From: Nannocystis bainbridge
GTDB taxonomy: Bacteria > Myxococcota_A > Polyangia > Nannocystales > Nannocystaceae
NCBI RefSeq assembly: GCF_028368995.1
Contig: NZ_JAQNDL010000001.1
Location: forward strand, 2,144,001 to 2,208,000
Direction: 5' to 3'
Length of the DNA stretch: 64,000 bases
Shown here: one piece after another, positions 37,403 to 47,446 of the stretch
How the letters are laid out: each line of letters starts with the position of its first letter
How positions within the stretch are numbered: position 1 is the first letter of the stretch
Notes under the pieces: model-generated
What the model saw: only the letters and a program-made list of their open reading frames with translations
Database searches by the model: none
Told to the model about the DNA's origin: nothing
Made by a program: the position numbers and the translations under genes

Positions 37403-37808
37403 CGGCGGGTTCCAAGCATAGTCGGGAATCCCTGCCGACGCGAACCCCCAGCGCCGGGCAGCGACGCCCCTCGACGCAGCGAGACGTAGGTCCGCGTGAG
37501 CCCGCGCCGCGCACCATGGGCGACTGCGACGGCGAACACATGTCCGCCGGAATTCCAGGTCTGCTCCCGCAGCGGCACCCCCTGCGCGATGTACGTCCCC
37601 TGGCAGCCGTCCGGCGTCGCGCTGGCGAGCCGCAGTGGAGCCCGCCGGCGCCGACGATCCTCGCTTCGTCGCCGATGTCGGCGATGTCGAAGTCGGTGAT
37701 CGGTGTCCCATCGTGATCACCGAGCGCGAGCGCGAGGCCGGCGGGATCACGGTCGCCGGCCGCGGCGATCGTATCGGCCGCGATCGCCTCGAGGATGAGC
37801 CGTGTCAT
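37399..37808 (-). pseudogene. Possible frameshifted small hypothetical gene
   Basis: MTRLILEAIAADTIAAAG..ARIVGAGG is protein-like up to about 37640; a second frame continues GTYIAQGVPLREQTWNSGGHVFAVAV to a TGA overlapping the next ATG. Confidence 0.35.
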
Positions 37809-37935
37809 GCCGCCGTCACGTGTGATCTCGGTCGCTGCGCCAGCTTACGCCGGCCGGGCCGCGCAGCCGGACGCCGCGGCGCACGCGCCAGAGGCCCGTT
37901 TCCGCGATCCCTGTCTCTTGCGCCAGGAGCCCGGC

Positions 37936-38751
37936 TCAGGCCGCCTCGGGGGCGGTCTCAGCCGCATCAGGGTTCAGGCGCTGCGCCAGCGCCGGCAGGC
38001 GGCGGTCGGGCACCGCCGTGAACAGGTGGTGCAGGAAATGGAAGCGCACCCCCAGGTAGTTCTCGCGGCCGACCAGCGCGATCCACAGCCACCGCAGCGG
38101 GCGCGGGAACTCGGGCGGATCGACCTGTCCGTAGAGCCATGGCTGATGGACCAGCCACGCGAACACCAGCCAGGCCAGCGCGTTGCCGATCCGGACCACC
38201 AGGTTGTAGGCGATGAAGCCGCGCAGGCCGCCGAGCCACATCAGCGCCGCCCACGTCGCCGCGTGCGTCAGCATGGCCAGCGCCAGGCGCGAGTCGAGGC
38301 CGCGACGTCGCAGGTACCACACCGCCAGCAGCTCCGGCTGGACCAGGCACAGCAGCGCCGCCCGCAGCGGCCCGGTGTCCATCATCTCGCGGTCCGGGTC
38401 GGCCTCGCTGCCCTCCTCGCGGTGGTGCATCACGTGCAGCTCCTCGAGCTGCGGGCGACCGAGATAGATCGGCGACACCACCACCAGCAGCGCCCGCGCC
38501 GGGTGCCAGCGCGCTGCCACCCGCTGGTCGGCGTGCAGCGCCTCGTGCCAGCGGTTGAAGTAGCGCAGGAACAGCACCACCCCCAGCGGGCCGAACAGCC
38601 AGCCCGGCATCACCTCGGCCACGAACGCGAAGTAGCTGGCGTGGAAGGCCAGCGACCACGCCAGCATCGCGTCGTCGTAGCGCGTGCGTGGGTCGCCCGG
38701 AAACACCGCGTTGACCTCTCGCCGCGTCATGCGGAGAGTGCGCGCGGCCAT
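37936..38751 (-). CDS. Fatty-acid-desaturase-like membrane protein
   Basis: His boxes HEALH, HVMHH, HFLHH; TM segments. Confidence 0.75.
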   Translation of the reverse strand: MAARTLRMTRREVNAVFPGDPRTRYDDAMLAWSLAFHASYFAFVAEVMPGWLFGPLGVVLFLRYFNRWHEALHADQRVAARWHPARALLVVVSPIYLGRPQLEELHVMHHREEGSEADPDREMMDTGPLRAALLCLVQPELLAVWYLRRRGLDSRLALAMLTHAATWAALMWLGGLRGFIAYNLVVRIGNALAWLVFAWLVHQPWLYGQVDPPEFPRPLRWLWIALVGRENYLGVRFHFLHHLFTAVPDRRLPALAQRLNPDAAETAPEAA

Positions 38752-39000
38752 CGTCCGGAGGTTTCCCGCCACCACCCCGTGATAGCGATTCCCGCCCCGC
38801 CTCGCAAAGCGCGCTCCGCGACCGACCCTCTCCGCTCGTGGACAGGCGAACGCAGTTCACTCGCGCAGACCGATCGATGCAACTGCAACCGAGGTCTCCC
38901 GGCCTCTTGACGGGCCGCGGCAGTGCCCGGGCCCGAAAGCCCCGGCCCGCCGCCCGGCGCCGGCCCGGGCCAGCCCTGCGCGGGGCGCACCGGGACTTCA

Positions 39001-39052
39001 GGACATGTCCTTGCGGACACCTCGTCCGGGACATGTCCCGGAGGACATGTCC
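39001..39052. repeat. 14-bp-phased array, 4 units (three perfect GGACATGTCC)
   Basis: Units at 39001, 39015, 39029 and 39043, just past the stop of the minus-strand protease gene. Confidence 0.92.
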
Positions 39053-39065
39053 CGCGAGCCAGCCC

Positions 39066-40478
39066 CTAGTTCGGCTTCTTGGCGTAGAACTTGTACGCCC
39101 CGGCGCCGCTGTACGACTGGATCAGCCACGTGTAGTGGCCCGCGGTCCCGTTGTACTTGACGGTCTCGTTGGTCGAGGCCGTCTCGGCCTTGGCGACCAC
39201 CGCCCACGCGCTGCCGTTCCACTTGTAGAGCAGCAGGTCGAAGTCGGTGCCGGCCGGCCCGACCAGGTAGCCCTCGTGCGCGCCCGCGCCGTTGCTCGTG
39301 TAGTAGCTGGCGTTCGGGTGCTGGTCGCTGTCGCCGCTGCCGGACAGCGAGCCGCTGTACTCGGTGCAGCCGGTGCACGGCACGTCCGCCGGCGGCGGCG
39401 GCGGCGGCGGCGGCGGATTGCCCCCGCCCTGGTACGGCGAGCCGCACGTCGCGCTGTACGCCCCGTTCGGCGCGCCCGCGTTGCAGCCGCCGCTCCACGT
39501 GTCGTTCACGCTGCCCGGATTGGTCTGGAAGTTGAAGCACTTGGGCCCCGGGTTCCAGGTGCCGTTGGCGTCGTGGCACGGCGTCAGATCGATCGCCGTC
39601 TGCTGCTCGAACCACGCGATGCCCTTGTGCATCATCGAGTACATGCCGCCGCTGCCGCACGCCCCGCCGTACGAGGTGATGCCGAACACGCGCCATGTCC
39701 CATCGGCCAGCTTGATGAACGCCGGCCCGCCGGAGTCGCCCTGACAGGTGTCCTTGCCGTTGCCGCCGATCGAGATCTCGTCGCCCTGGAACCCGTTGAT
39801 CGTCGTCGTCACCTGGCGCTTCACGCCGTAGGGCCCGTTGTCGGCGTTGCCGAAGCCGACCAGCGTGACCTGCTTGCCGGGCTGCAGGTTGCTCGTCTCG
39901 CAGCCCATCAAGATCGGCACGATCGGCACGTCGGTGACCGGCGTCGAAAGCTTGCACACCGCGAAGTCGTTGCCCGAGCCCGGCTGGCCGCCCGGATAGA
40001 TCTTGCACCACTGCGGCGTGACCGACTTGGCCGCCGCCGTGTACTTCTCGCCGAAGTAGATCTTGTTGTAGCTGGCGCCGCAGTGGGCGGCGTAGATGAC
40101 CACCTGCGGGTCGACCAGCGTGCCCGTGCACGAGCCGCCGAGCTCGACCGTCGACGCCCAGCCGCACACCGGCACCGTCGTGCCGCCGTAGATGGCCTCG
40201 CCGTCCTGCTCGTCCGCCGACGAGAATTCGTCGCTCGCCTCGTCGGCGCCCGGCGCCGGCGGTGGGTCGTCCACGCCCGCGAACAGCTCCGCGTGGCTGA
40301 GGATCTTCGGCTGGCCGGCGTCGGTGAAGTCGGCCTCGGCGACCGCGAGGTCGACGCTGTCGAGCTCGGCGTCGCTCTCGACCTCCGGATCGCATCCGCC
40401 CGCGATCAGCGCGAGCATGGAGAGCGGTGTGAGCAGTACGGTCGAGCGATGCTTCCGGGCAATGAGGCGATGCGTCAT
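39066..40478 (-). CDS. Trypsin-like (S1) serine protease lipoprotein with C-terminal PPC-like domain
   Basis: IAGGC lipobox; IYGG mature start, CTGTLV..YAAHC, NDFA, CQGDSGGP; poly-Pro linker; GTDFDLLLYKW. Confidence 0.92.
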   Translation of the reverse strand: MTHRLIARKHRSTVLLTPLSMLALIAGGCDPEVESDAELDSVDLAVAEADFTDAGQPKILSHAELFAGVDDPPPAPGADEASDEFSSADEQDGEAIYGGTTVPVCGWASTVELGGSCTGTLVDPQVVIYAAHCGASYNKIYFGEKYTAAAKSVTPQWCKIYPGGQPGSGNDFAVCKLSTPVTDVPIVPILMGCETSNLQPGKQVTLVGFGNADNGPYGVKRQVTTTINGFQGDEISIGGNGKDTCQGDSGGPAFIKLADGTWRVFGITSYGGACGSGGMYSMMHKGIAWFEQQTAIDLTPCHDANGTWNPGPKCFNFQTNPGSVNDTWSGGCNAGAPNGAYSATCGSPYQGGGNPPPPPPPPPADVPCTGCTEYSGSLSGSGDSDQHPNASYYTSNGAGAHEGYLVGPAGTDFDLLLYKWNGSAWAVVAKAETASTNETVKYNGTAGHYTWLIQSYSGAGAYKFYAKKPN

Positions 40479-41026
40479 GGCGGCGTCCTTGTCGATGAAC
40501 GTGGTCGATGAATGGGGTCGGTCGATCGCGGCGCGGAGCCGCGGAGCCGGGGCTTCACGCGCCCGGGCGCGCCAGGTCCGAACGTGCCAGTGACACCAAT
40601 TCCTGCCCCCACCTCATTCGGCAGGTACGACTCGGAAACAGGGTATATCGCTGCACAGGCACACGAATCCTAGCTCATCCCTTCGCTATCCCGACCGCCC
40701 ACACTCCGTCAAGAAGAATCGCGGACCGGGCCCATGGCCCCCACATGGGGGCCCACAGCACGCAGCCGCGACCCACAACGATTATTCGGTGTGCGCATCG
40801 GCAATGGCACGGCCGTGCTTCGCGCAGCTCGCTCGATTGCAGCTGCACGAACACCGAACCCGACGTCGCACGACGCGCCCCGCGCAGCGCGCTCGGCGGA
40901 TCCGAGCCGCGCAATGTCGTCACGCCCCCTCGCGCATCCCGCTCCGGCGCGACCGCGGCGAGCCGCGTGATGACGTCATCGCCGCAGCCGCGACATCGCG
41001 CACAGGCATCGACGCGAACCTCCGCG

Positions 41027-42169
41027 CTACACGAAGCGGATCGGGTGCGGCACCGGGGCCGCGAACAGATAGCCCTTGTCGTTCAGCCGCTGCTGCGACA
41101 GCGGCGGCTGCGTATGTCCATGCTCGTCGACCGCGCGCGGCGTGATCGAAAGCTCCCCCGGCGGCGCCTCGAGCTCGAGCTGCCACCACGTGCCCGCGAC
41201 CGGCAGGTCGTCGCCGATCAGCCGGGCCACCCGCGTGAAATTATGCCCGCCGTCGAGGCTGACTTCGACCCTGGCGATCGCGCCGAACGGCGACCACGCG
41301 AGGCCGTAGATCGTTCGCCGCCCGGCCGGCAGCAGCCCCGGCCACGGCATGCAGACGGCGCTGCGGATCACCTGCGTCGTCAGCACCGGCGGCGGCCGCG
41401 GATAGTCGGCGCCGAGCAGCACGTAGTCCTCGGTGTTCGCCGGCACCATCGGCTCGCGCGTCGACACCTCGAGCGCCCCGACCCACTTCACGCTCGCCGC
41501 CCCGATCCACCCCGGCACCACCACCCGCGCCGGAAACCCGTGGTCCATCGGCAACGGCCCGCCGTTCATGCGATAGGCCAGGATCGTATCCTCCATCATC
41601 GCCTTCGCCAGCGGCAGCGGCCGCGCGTAGCCGTCGCCGTCGAGCCCCACCGGCATCACCCACGCCGCCCCGTCGCGCAGGCCCGCCAGGCCCAGCAGAC
41701 GCGCCAGCGGCACCCCCGTCCATGTCGCCACTCCGTACGCCCCGTCGCGCCACGGATCGCCGTCGGCCGCGAACCCGAGCAGTTCGGCGAAGAAGGCCCG
41801 CCCGTTGCCCGCGCATTCGAGGTAGCGCGTGATCGTCCGCGACGGCAGCGTGACCAATTCGTCGTACGTCAGGCTCACCGGCCGTGCCACCGCATCCCCA
41901 TGAATCTCCAGTCGCCACCCCGCCGCCGACAGCCGCGGCGTCGGCCCGTGGTTGCGCACGTAGAAGCGATCGTTCGGCGTGACGAGCTGCCCCGGCGACA
42001 GGCTCTCGAGCCGCGTCTCGGCGTTGTGCGCCCCGTGGCGGATGAACAGCGCGTCCGGCAACGGCTTGACGAGCTCCGACCTGGCCCCGCTCGCCCGGCA
42101 CCCGAGCGCGGCGACCAACCCGCCGCCGCCCGCGAGCGCGAGGAACCGGCGGCGCGAGGATTCGTCCAT
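41027..42169 (-). CDS. Sulfite oxidase family molybdopterin oxidoreductase with Tat signal
   Basis: SRRRFL; FYVRNH; LECAGNGR; WTGVPL; DHGFPAR; SVKW. Confidence 0.9.
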   Translation of the reverse strand: MDESSRRRFLALAGGGGLVAALGCRASGARSELVKPLPDALFIRHGAHNAETRLESLSPGQLVTPNDRFYVRNHGPTPRLSAAGWRLEIHGDAVARPVSLTYDELVTLPSRTITRYLECAGNGRAFFAELLGFAADGDPWRDGAYGVATWTGVPLARLLGLAGLRDGAAWVMPVGLDGDGYARPLPLAKAMMEDTILAYRMNGGPLPMDHGFPARVVVPGWIGAASVKWVGALEVSTREPMVPANTEDYVLLGADYPRPPPVLTTQVIRSAVCMPWPGLLPAGRRTIYGLAWSPFGAIARVEVSLDGGHNFTRVARLIGDDLPVAGTWWQLELEAPPGELSITPRAVDEHGHTQPPLSQQRLNDKGYLFAAPVPHPIRFV

Positions 42170-42404
42170 CCGCACGCCCGCAAGCATGGCCTGCGGCCCC
42201 TGTTTCGCCACCGACCTCTCGCCGACGCCCGCCCCGTGAATGCGCCACGACGCCCCGCGCGGCGACCACGAGCCCGGCGCGGGGCTCGAGCAGCGCCTCG
42301 CCGCCGCTCGCTCGAAGCGCTGCCCGGCTCGCTGCAATCCGGGCAGCTCCCCGACCGAGCGAGCGTCCTCCCGTGATTGCCTCTATACCGAAAGCGAACC
42401 CGAC

Positions 42405-43367
42405 TCAGCCGTTTCGCAGCTGCGGCAGCACCTTCGCCGCGAAATCATCGATGAAGCGCCCCTGCTCGCCGCCCACCTGATGCAGCGACACCAGATCGAT
42501 CCCCAGCTCGGCGTCTTTGGCCAGCCACTCGGCGTGTTGCGAAAGATCGGCCGCCACCCGCACCGGCCCGCGGATCGCCTCCGGCGTCACGAACTCGGCA
42601 GCCGCCTCGAATTGCCCCGGCGTGCGCAGCTCGGCCAGCACCTCGCTGGCGAGCACATTGGTGCGCCACTGCGCCCACGCCTCGTGCAGTGCCGTCGCCT
42701 CGTCGCGCGCGTACGCCAGCTGCACCTTGAGGTGGACCGGCTTGCCGGCGCCGCCGCCCTCGCGGAACGCCTCGATCACCCGCGCGTGCCCCTGGTCCGG
42801 CTGCGCCGCCGTGATCAGCCCATCGGCCCAGCCGCCCAGCCAGCGCGCCGTCGCGGCCGTCATCGCCGCCCCGAACAGCGCCGGCCGCTCGCGCGGTCGC
42901 GTGTAGAGTTGCGCCGCTTCGACCTGCACCAGCCCGCGGTGCGTCACCGTCTCACCGGCCCACAGCGCGCGCATCACCTCCGCGCATTCGCGCAGGCGCT
43001 CGTTGCGGCGCTGCTTGAGCGGCCACGGCTCGCCGGTGATGCCCTCGTTGAGCAGCTCGCCGCTGCCGATCGCCAGCCAGAAGCGCCCGGGGAACAGCTC
43101 GAGCAGCGTCGCCACCGCCTGCGCGTGCACGGCCGGGTGGTAGCGCTGACCCGGCGCCGTCACCACCCCGAAGCCGCACGACGTCGCCTGCAGCGCCGCG
43201 CCGAGCCACGTCCACGCGTGACCGCTGTGGCCCTGGCGCTCGTTCCACGGGTGAAAATGATCCGAGCAGGTCACCGCGTCGAAGCCGGCCGCCTCGGCCC
43301 GCCGCGCCAGCGCCAGCAGCTCGCTCGGCGCAAATTGCTCGTGAGAGCAGTGATACGCCAGCCTCAT
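42405..43367 (-). CDS. LLM-class (luciferase-like) flavin-dependent oxidoreductase
   Basis: YHCSHEQFAP, SDHFHPW, WLGAALQAT, RYHPAV.AQA.ATL, GSGELLNE. Confidence 0.9.
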   Translation of the reverse strand: MRLAYHCSHEQFAPSELLALARRAEAAGFDAVTCSDHFHPWNERQGHSGHAWTWLGAALQATSCGFGVVTAPGQRYHPAVHAQAVATLLELFPGRFWLAIGSGELLNEGITGEPWPLKQRRNERLRECAEVMRALWAGETVTHRGLVQVEAAQLYTRPRERPALFGAAMTAATARWLGGWADGLITAAQPDQGHARVIEAFREGGGAGKPVHLKVQLAYARDEATALHEAWAQWRTNVLASEVLAELRTPGQFEAAAEFVTPEAIRGPVRVAADLSQHAEWLAKDAELGIDLVSLHQVGGEQGRFIDDFAAKVLPQLRNG

Positions 43368-45829
43368 CGCGCCTCCAGGCACTCGCCGAGCTTGCGCGCG
43401 CTGGCCGGCGCGACCGCGAACGTGCGCCGCGCCCCCGGCTGGACCGTCTCCGCCTGCCCGTCGATGCGCACCGTCACCGGGTGCTCCGCGTCGTCGTCGA
43501 CCTGCACCGTCACCCCGTCGTTGCGGACCGTCAGCGACACCCACGCGCAGCGGTGGCGCACGCGGAACGACACGCTCTTCAGCTCGTCCGGCAGCGCCGG
43601 CCGCAGCCACAGCGCCCCGTCGCGCGCCTCGAGCCCGGTGTAACAGCGCTGGAAGATGTCGATCGTGCCCGCCATCGCCCCGAGGTGCACCCCCTCCTCC
43701 GTCGTCCCGCCCTGGATGTCGCCCAGATCGCTGCCCAGCGCCTCGCGCAACATCTGCCACGAGTGCGCCGGATCGCAGCGCGCCAGCACCCACGCGTGGA
43801 CCACCCGGCTCAGCGTCGACCCGTGCGACGTGCGCCGCAAATAATAGCGGGCGTTGACCGCCAGCATCGCGTCGTCCCACGCGTAGCCCAGGCCGGTGAA
43901 GATCGCGCGCAGCTCCTCCGGCGCCAGCAGGTAGAACAGCATCAACACGTCGGCCTGCTTCGACACCTTGTAGCGATTGGCCGTGTCGCCCTCGGCCTCG
44001 AGGATGTTGTCGAGCCGGTGGATGTCGTCGCGGTAGCGGGCGCGGTACAGGTCCCAGTCGAACTCGGCCAGCCGCTCGTAGCCCTCGAATTGACTGATGA
44101 GCCCCTCGCCGTGGAACGGCACGAACATCCGCCGCGTGATGTCCTCCCAGGTCCGCAGCTCGTCGGCGCCGAGCCCCAGCCGGTCCACCAGCAATTGTCG
44201 CGCCCCCTCCGGCAGCAGCGCCAGCGCCTCGCGGGCCCGCAGCAGCGTCCACACCGCCATCACGTTGGTATAGGCGTTGTTGTCGACCCCGGGCCGGGCG
44301 GCCTCGGGGTACGCGTCGTGGAACTCGTCCGGCCCGCCGACCCCGCGGATCACGTAGCGCTCGCGCGCCGGCTCGAACTGCGCCGCGCTGGCCCAGAACC
44401 GCGCCACCTCGACCAGCATCTCGGCCCCGTGCTCGGCCATGAATTCGCGGTCGCCGGTGATCTCGTAATAATGCCAGACGTTGTAGGCCACCGCCGCGCC
44501 GATGTGCCGCTGCAGTCGGCTGTTGTCGGCGATCCACCGGCCCGAGCGCGTGTTCTTGCGCCGCGGCTCGCTGACCTCGCGGCCGTCGCTGGCGCTGCGC
44601 CACGGGAACATCGCCCCGCGCAGCCCGGCCGCCCGCGCCGCGGCCCGCGCCGCCGGCAGGCGCCGGAATCGATAGAGCAGCAGCGAGCGCGCCAGCTCGG
44701 GCAGGCGATACGCGAGCACCGGGAACACGAACAGCTCGTCCCAGAACACGTGCCCGCGATACCCCTCACCGTGCCAGCCACGCCCGGGGATCCCCGCGTC
44801 GAGCCCGATCGTGTGCGGCGAGACCGTCTGCAGGATGTGAAACAGGTGCAGCCGCAGCGTCGTCGTCGTCGATTGCTCGTCCTCGACCTCGACGTCGAAG
44901 CGGTCCCACAGCTCGGCCCACGCCCGCGTGTGCGCCGGCAGCAGCGCCGCGAAGTCCGGGGCCCCGGCGACCGCGCTGGCGGCCGCGTCGAGCGGCTCGC
45001 GGATCGTGCGATCGTGGCGGGCGTACAGCGCGGCGATCTTCTCGAGCGTGACGCTGCCGCCGGTCTCCAGCGCGGCGCAGGTGTGGAGCCCGACCCTGCG
45101 CGCCCCGTCGGCCAGCGGCGCCAGCGGCTCGACCTCGCCGCCCTCGACCAGCACGCGCGTGCGCGTCGCGACCGCGAACTCGAGCCGCGAGCCGCAGGTG
45201 CGAGCCCGCAGCGTCAGCACGCCCGCCCCCGGCGCCGCGACCTCGAATTGCTCGAGGTGCTCGCCGTCGGCCCCGCGGTACTCCTCGGCGTTGGCGTTCG
45301 TCACCTGTCCGTCGAGCCAGGAGCGCAGGCGGACCCGCGCTCCCGCGCCCGCGAGCTCGAGCCGAAGCTGCTGCGCCGCCAGGTGCGGCATGCCGAGGTG
45401 CACCAGCCGCTGCTCGTGCAGCGTCGCGCGCAGGCCGTCGACCTCGAAGCGAATCGTGCGGACCAGCAGGCCGCGCCGCAGATCCAGCTCCTGCCGATAT
45501 TCACGCACGGTCACCCGCTCGGGCGAGAACCAGTCGCCGTCGCCGAGGCCGACGTCGATCCGCAACCAGTTCGGGAGATTGACGAGACCCTCGTGCGCGA
45601 GCGGCTCGCCGTCGACGACGCTGGTCTTGTGATTGTAGAGCCCCGCGCGGTACGTGCCCGGATAGTGCGACTCGCCCGCGACCGCCCACGGGGCCGCCGC
45701 GCGCGTCACGAAATGCCCGTTGCCGAGCGCGCACAGCACCTCGCGCTGGCCCTCGCGCTCGCGCTCGAACGACTCGTAGACGATCGACCACGGCGCCAGC
45801 CGGGCCCCGTCGCGCTCGTGCGGGCTCAA
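43364..45829 (-). CDS. Glycoside hydrolase family 65 (trehalose/maltose phosphorylase or hydrolase)
   Basis: LGNGHF, GEGYRGHVFWDE, GAMFPW, GPDEFH, KQADVLML, HGSTLS, EGVHLGAMAG; TTG start overlaps the ribokinase stop. Confidence 0.9.
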   Translation of the reverse strand: MSPHERDGARLAPWSIVYESFEREREGQREVLCALGNGHFVTRAAAPWAVAGESHYPGTYRAGLYNHKTSVVDGEPLAHEGLVNLPNWLRIDVGLGDGDWFSPERVTVREYRQELDLRRGLLVRTIRFEVDGLRATLHEQRLVHLGMPHLAAQQLRLELAGAGARVRLRSWLDGQVTNANAEEYRGADGEHLEQFEVAAPGAGVLTLRARTCGSRLEFAVATRTRVLVEGGEVEPLAPLADGARRVGLHTCAALETGGSVTLEKIAALYARHDRTIREPLDAAASAVAGAPDFAALLPAHTRAWAELWDRFDVEVEDEQSTTTTLRLHLFHILQTVSPHTIGLDAGIPGRGWHGEGYRGHVFWDELFVFPVLAYRLPELARSLLLYRFRRLPAARAAARAAGLRGAMFPWRSASDGREVSEPRRKNTRSGRWIADNSRLQRHIGAAVAYNVWHYYEITGDREFMAEHGAEMLVEVARFWASAAQFEPARERYVIRGVGGPDEFHDAYPEAARPGVDNNAYTNVMAVWTLLRAREALALLPEGARQLLVDRLGLGADELRTWEDITRRMFVPFHGEGLISQFEGYERLAEFDWDLYRARYRDDIHRLDNILEAEGDTANRYKVSKQADVLMLFYLLAPEELRAIFTGLGYAWDDAMLAVNARYYLRRTSHGSTLSRVVHAWVLARCDPAHSWQMLREALGSDLGDIQGGTTEEGVHLGAMAGTIDIFQRCYTGLEARDGALWLRPALPDELKSVSFRVRHRCAWVSLTVRNDGVTVQVDDDAEHPVTVRIDGQAETVQPGARRTFAVAPASARKLGECLEAR

Positions 45830-46779
45830 GACCGCCGCTCCCGGCCTCCACGCGCCCGCTCGACCGCCCCGCGATCGGGGTACGCCTGCTGCGACCCGTA
45901 GGCCGTCACCGCCAGGCTCGACACCGCCGCCGCGAACTTGACCGCCTGCAGCAGCTCCTGCCGCTCGAGCAGCGCCACCCCGAGCGCCCCCGCGAACGCG
46001 TCGCCCGCCCCCGTCTTGTCGACCACCGGCACCGCCAGCGGCCGCACGATCTCCTGCTGGTCCGCCGTCACCAGCGCCGTCCCGCCGGCGCGCAGCTTGA
46101 CGCACGCGACCGCGACCCCGCGGGCCAGCAGCTGCTCGCCGGCGCGAATCGCATCCTCGTCGGTCTGGACGTCGAGCCCGATGAGCCCGCGCGTCTCCTC
46201 GGGGTTGGGGGTGACGACATCGATCATGGCGTAGAGGTCGTCCTCCATGTTGCCGGCCGGCGACGGATCGAGCACCACCTTGAACCCTCGCTCACGCGCC
46301 GCTTTGGCGGCCGCGCGCACGACGTCGATCGGCACCTCGAGGTCGACGGTCAGCACCGAGCCCGCCGGCGCCGCCGCGATGACCTTCACCACCGCCTCGG
46401 CGTCGCCGGCCTGCCACGCCTCGTTGGCGTTCGCCGCCAGCAGGATGGTCTTGTCGCCGTCGTCGTCCCGCACCACGATCATCGCCAGCGCCGTCGCCTG
46501 CCCGGCGACCCGCTTCACGTGCGAGACGTCGACCCCGACCTCCCGCGGCCCGCGCAGCACCTCGTCGGCGAAATCGTCGTCCCCGACATGACCCAAAAGA
46601 CAGGCATTTACGCCGAGCCTCCGGCCCAGGAACGCGCGATTGGCCGCCTTGCCCCCGCCCGTGCGCAGCAGGTCGCGGACCGGCAACGTCTCGCCCGGCC
46701 CGGGCCAGCGGTCGGCGCGGACCTGCAGGTCGAGGTTGATGCTACCCAGCGCGAGCAACAGCGGTGAATCGTTCGTCAT
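45826..46779 (-). CDS. PfkB-family carbohydrate kinase (ribokinase-like)
   Basis: LGSINLDL, GGKAANRA, TPNPEE, DKTGAGDAF. Confidence 0.9.
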   Translation of the reverse strand: MTNDSPLLLALGSINLDLQVRADRWPGPGETLPVRDLLRTGGGKAANRAFLGRRLGVNACLLGHVGDDDFADEVLRGPREVGVDVSHVKRVAGQATALAMIVVRDDDGDKTILLAANANEAWQAGDAEAVVKVIAAAPAGSVLTVDLEVPIDVVRAAAKAARERGFKVVLDPSPAGNMEDDLYAMIDVVTPNPEETRGLIGLDVQTDEDAIRAGEQLLARGVAVACVKLRAGGTALVTADQQEIVRPLAVPVVDKTGAGDAFAGALGVALLERQELLQAVKFAAAVSSLAVTAYGSQQAYPDRGAVERARGGRERRS

Positions 46780-46826
46780 CGTGAAATCACCACAGGCGAA
46801 CCCCTCGCGGCGCGAGGGAGGGGAGG

Positions 46827-47204
46827 TCAGGCCGGGAACGCGATCGTCGTGATCAGCGCATTCTCGGCCTGCCGCGAATCGAGGCGCGTGTGCTGGACCA
46901 CGATCGGCTGGTCCGACTCGATCACGCACGAGAAATCGGTGCCCAGCGGGATCGGCTCCGGATCGTTCAAATCGTTGAAGCGCACGTGGCGGGTCCGCCG
47001 GGCCGGCACCGTCACCTCGTAGGGCCCGGCCGGCTCGCGGTCGGCGAAGTAAATCGTGAATCGCACGTGGGCGTCGTGGCCCGAGGCGTTGAGGATCGAA
47101 GCCGTCTCGTGGCTCGTCATCTCCGGCTCGGGTCCGTGACTCTCCCGGGGGATGTACCCGTCGGCGATGGCCCAGCGACGATGACCCAGCGGTGTCTCGC
47201 TCAC
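46827..47204 (-). CDS. Anabaena sensory rhodopsin transducer (ASRT) family protein
   Basis: GHRRWAIADGYIP..SHET..LN..FADREP.GPY..VPARRTRHVRFNDL.DPEPIP..VVQHTRLDSRQAENAL; GTG start. Confidence 0.88.
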   Translation of the reverse strand: MSETPLGHRRWAIADGYIPRESHGPEPEMTSHETASILNASGHDAHVRFTIYFADREPAGPYEVTVPARRTRHVRFNDLNDPEPIPLGTDFSCVIESDQPIVVQHTRLDSRQAENALITTIAFPA

Positions 47205-47446
47205 GCAGGCACCGTGAGCGGTGTGCTCGCCCTGCGCAAGCCCGCGGCCGCCACGGCTCGGACCGGCGGGTGCTCCATTCATCCTACACGGCCGAGCCCG
47301 CTGCCGTCGCGGCGAATCCGCGCCTGGCCGCGGCTCCTGCGCGACAATCTCCGCAGCGCGTCCGGGAGCCCGCGTCGTCCCGCCATTCGGCCCGCCTGCG
47401 GTGCGAGCATTGAACGCGCCCTGCCCTTCGCCCAGCCTCGCCGCGC

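Noticed and set aside
39001-39052. GGACATGTCC fits the p53 half-site consensus RRRCWWGYYY
   Set aside because: The context is clearly bacterial and no p53-like gene is seen; treated as coincidence.
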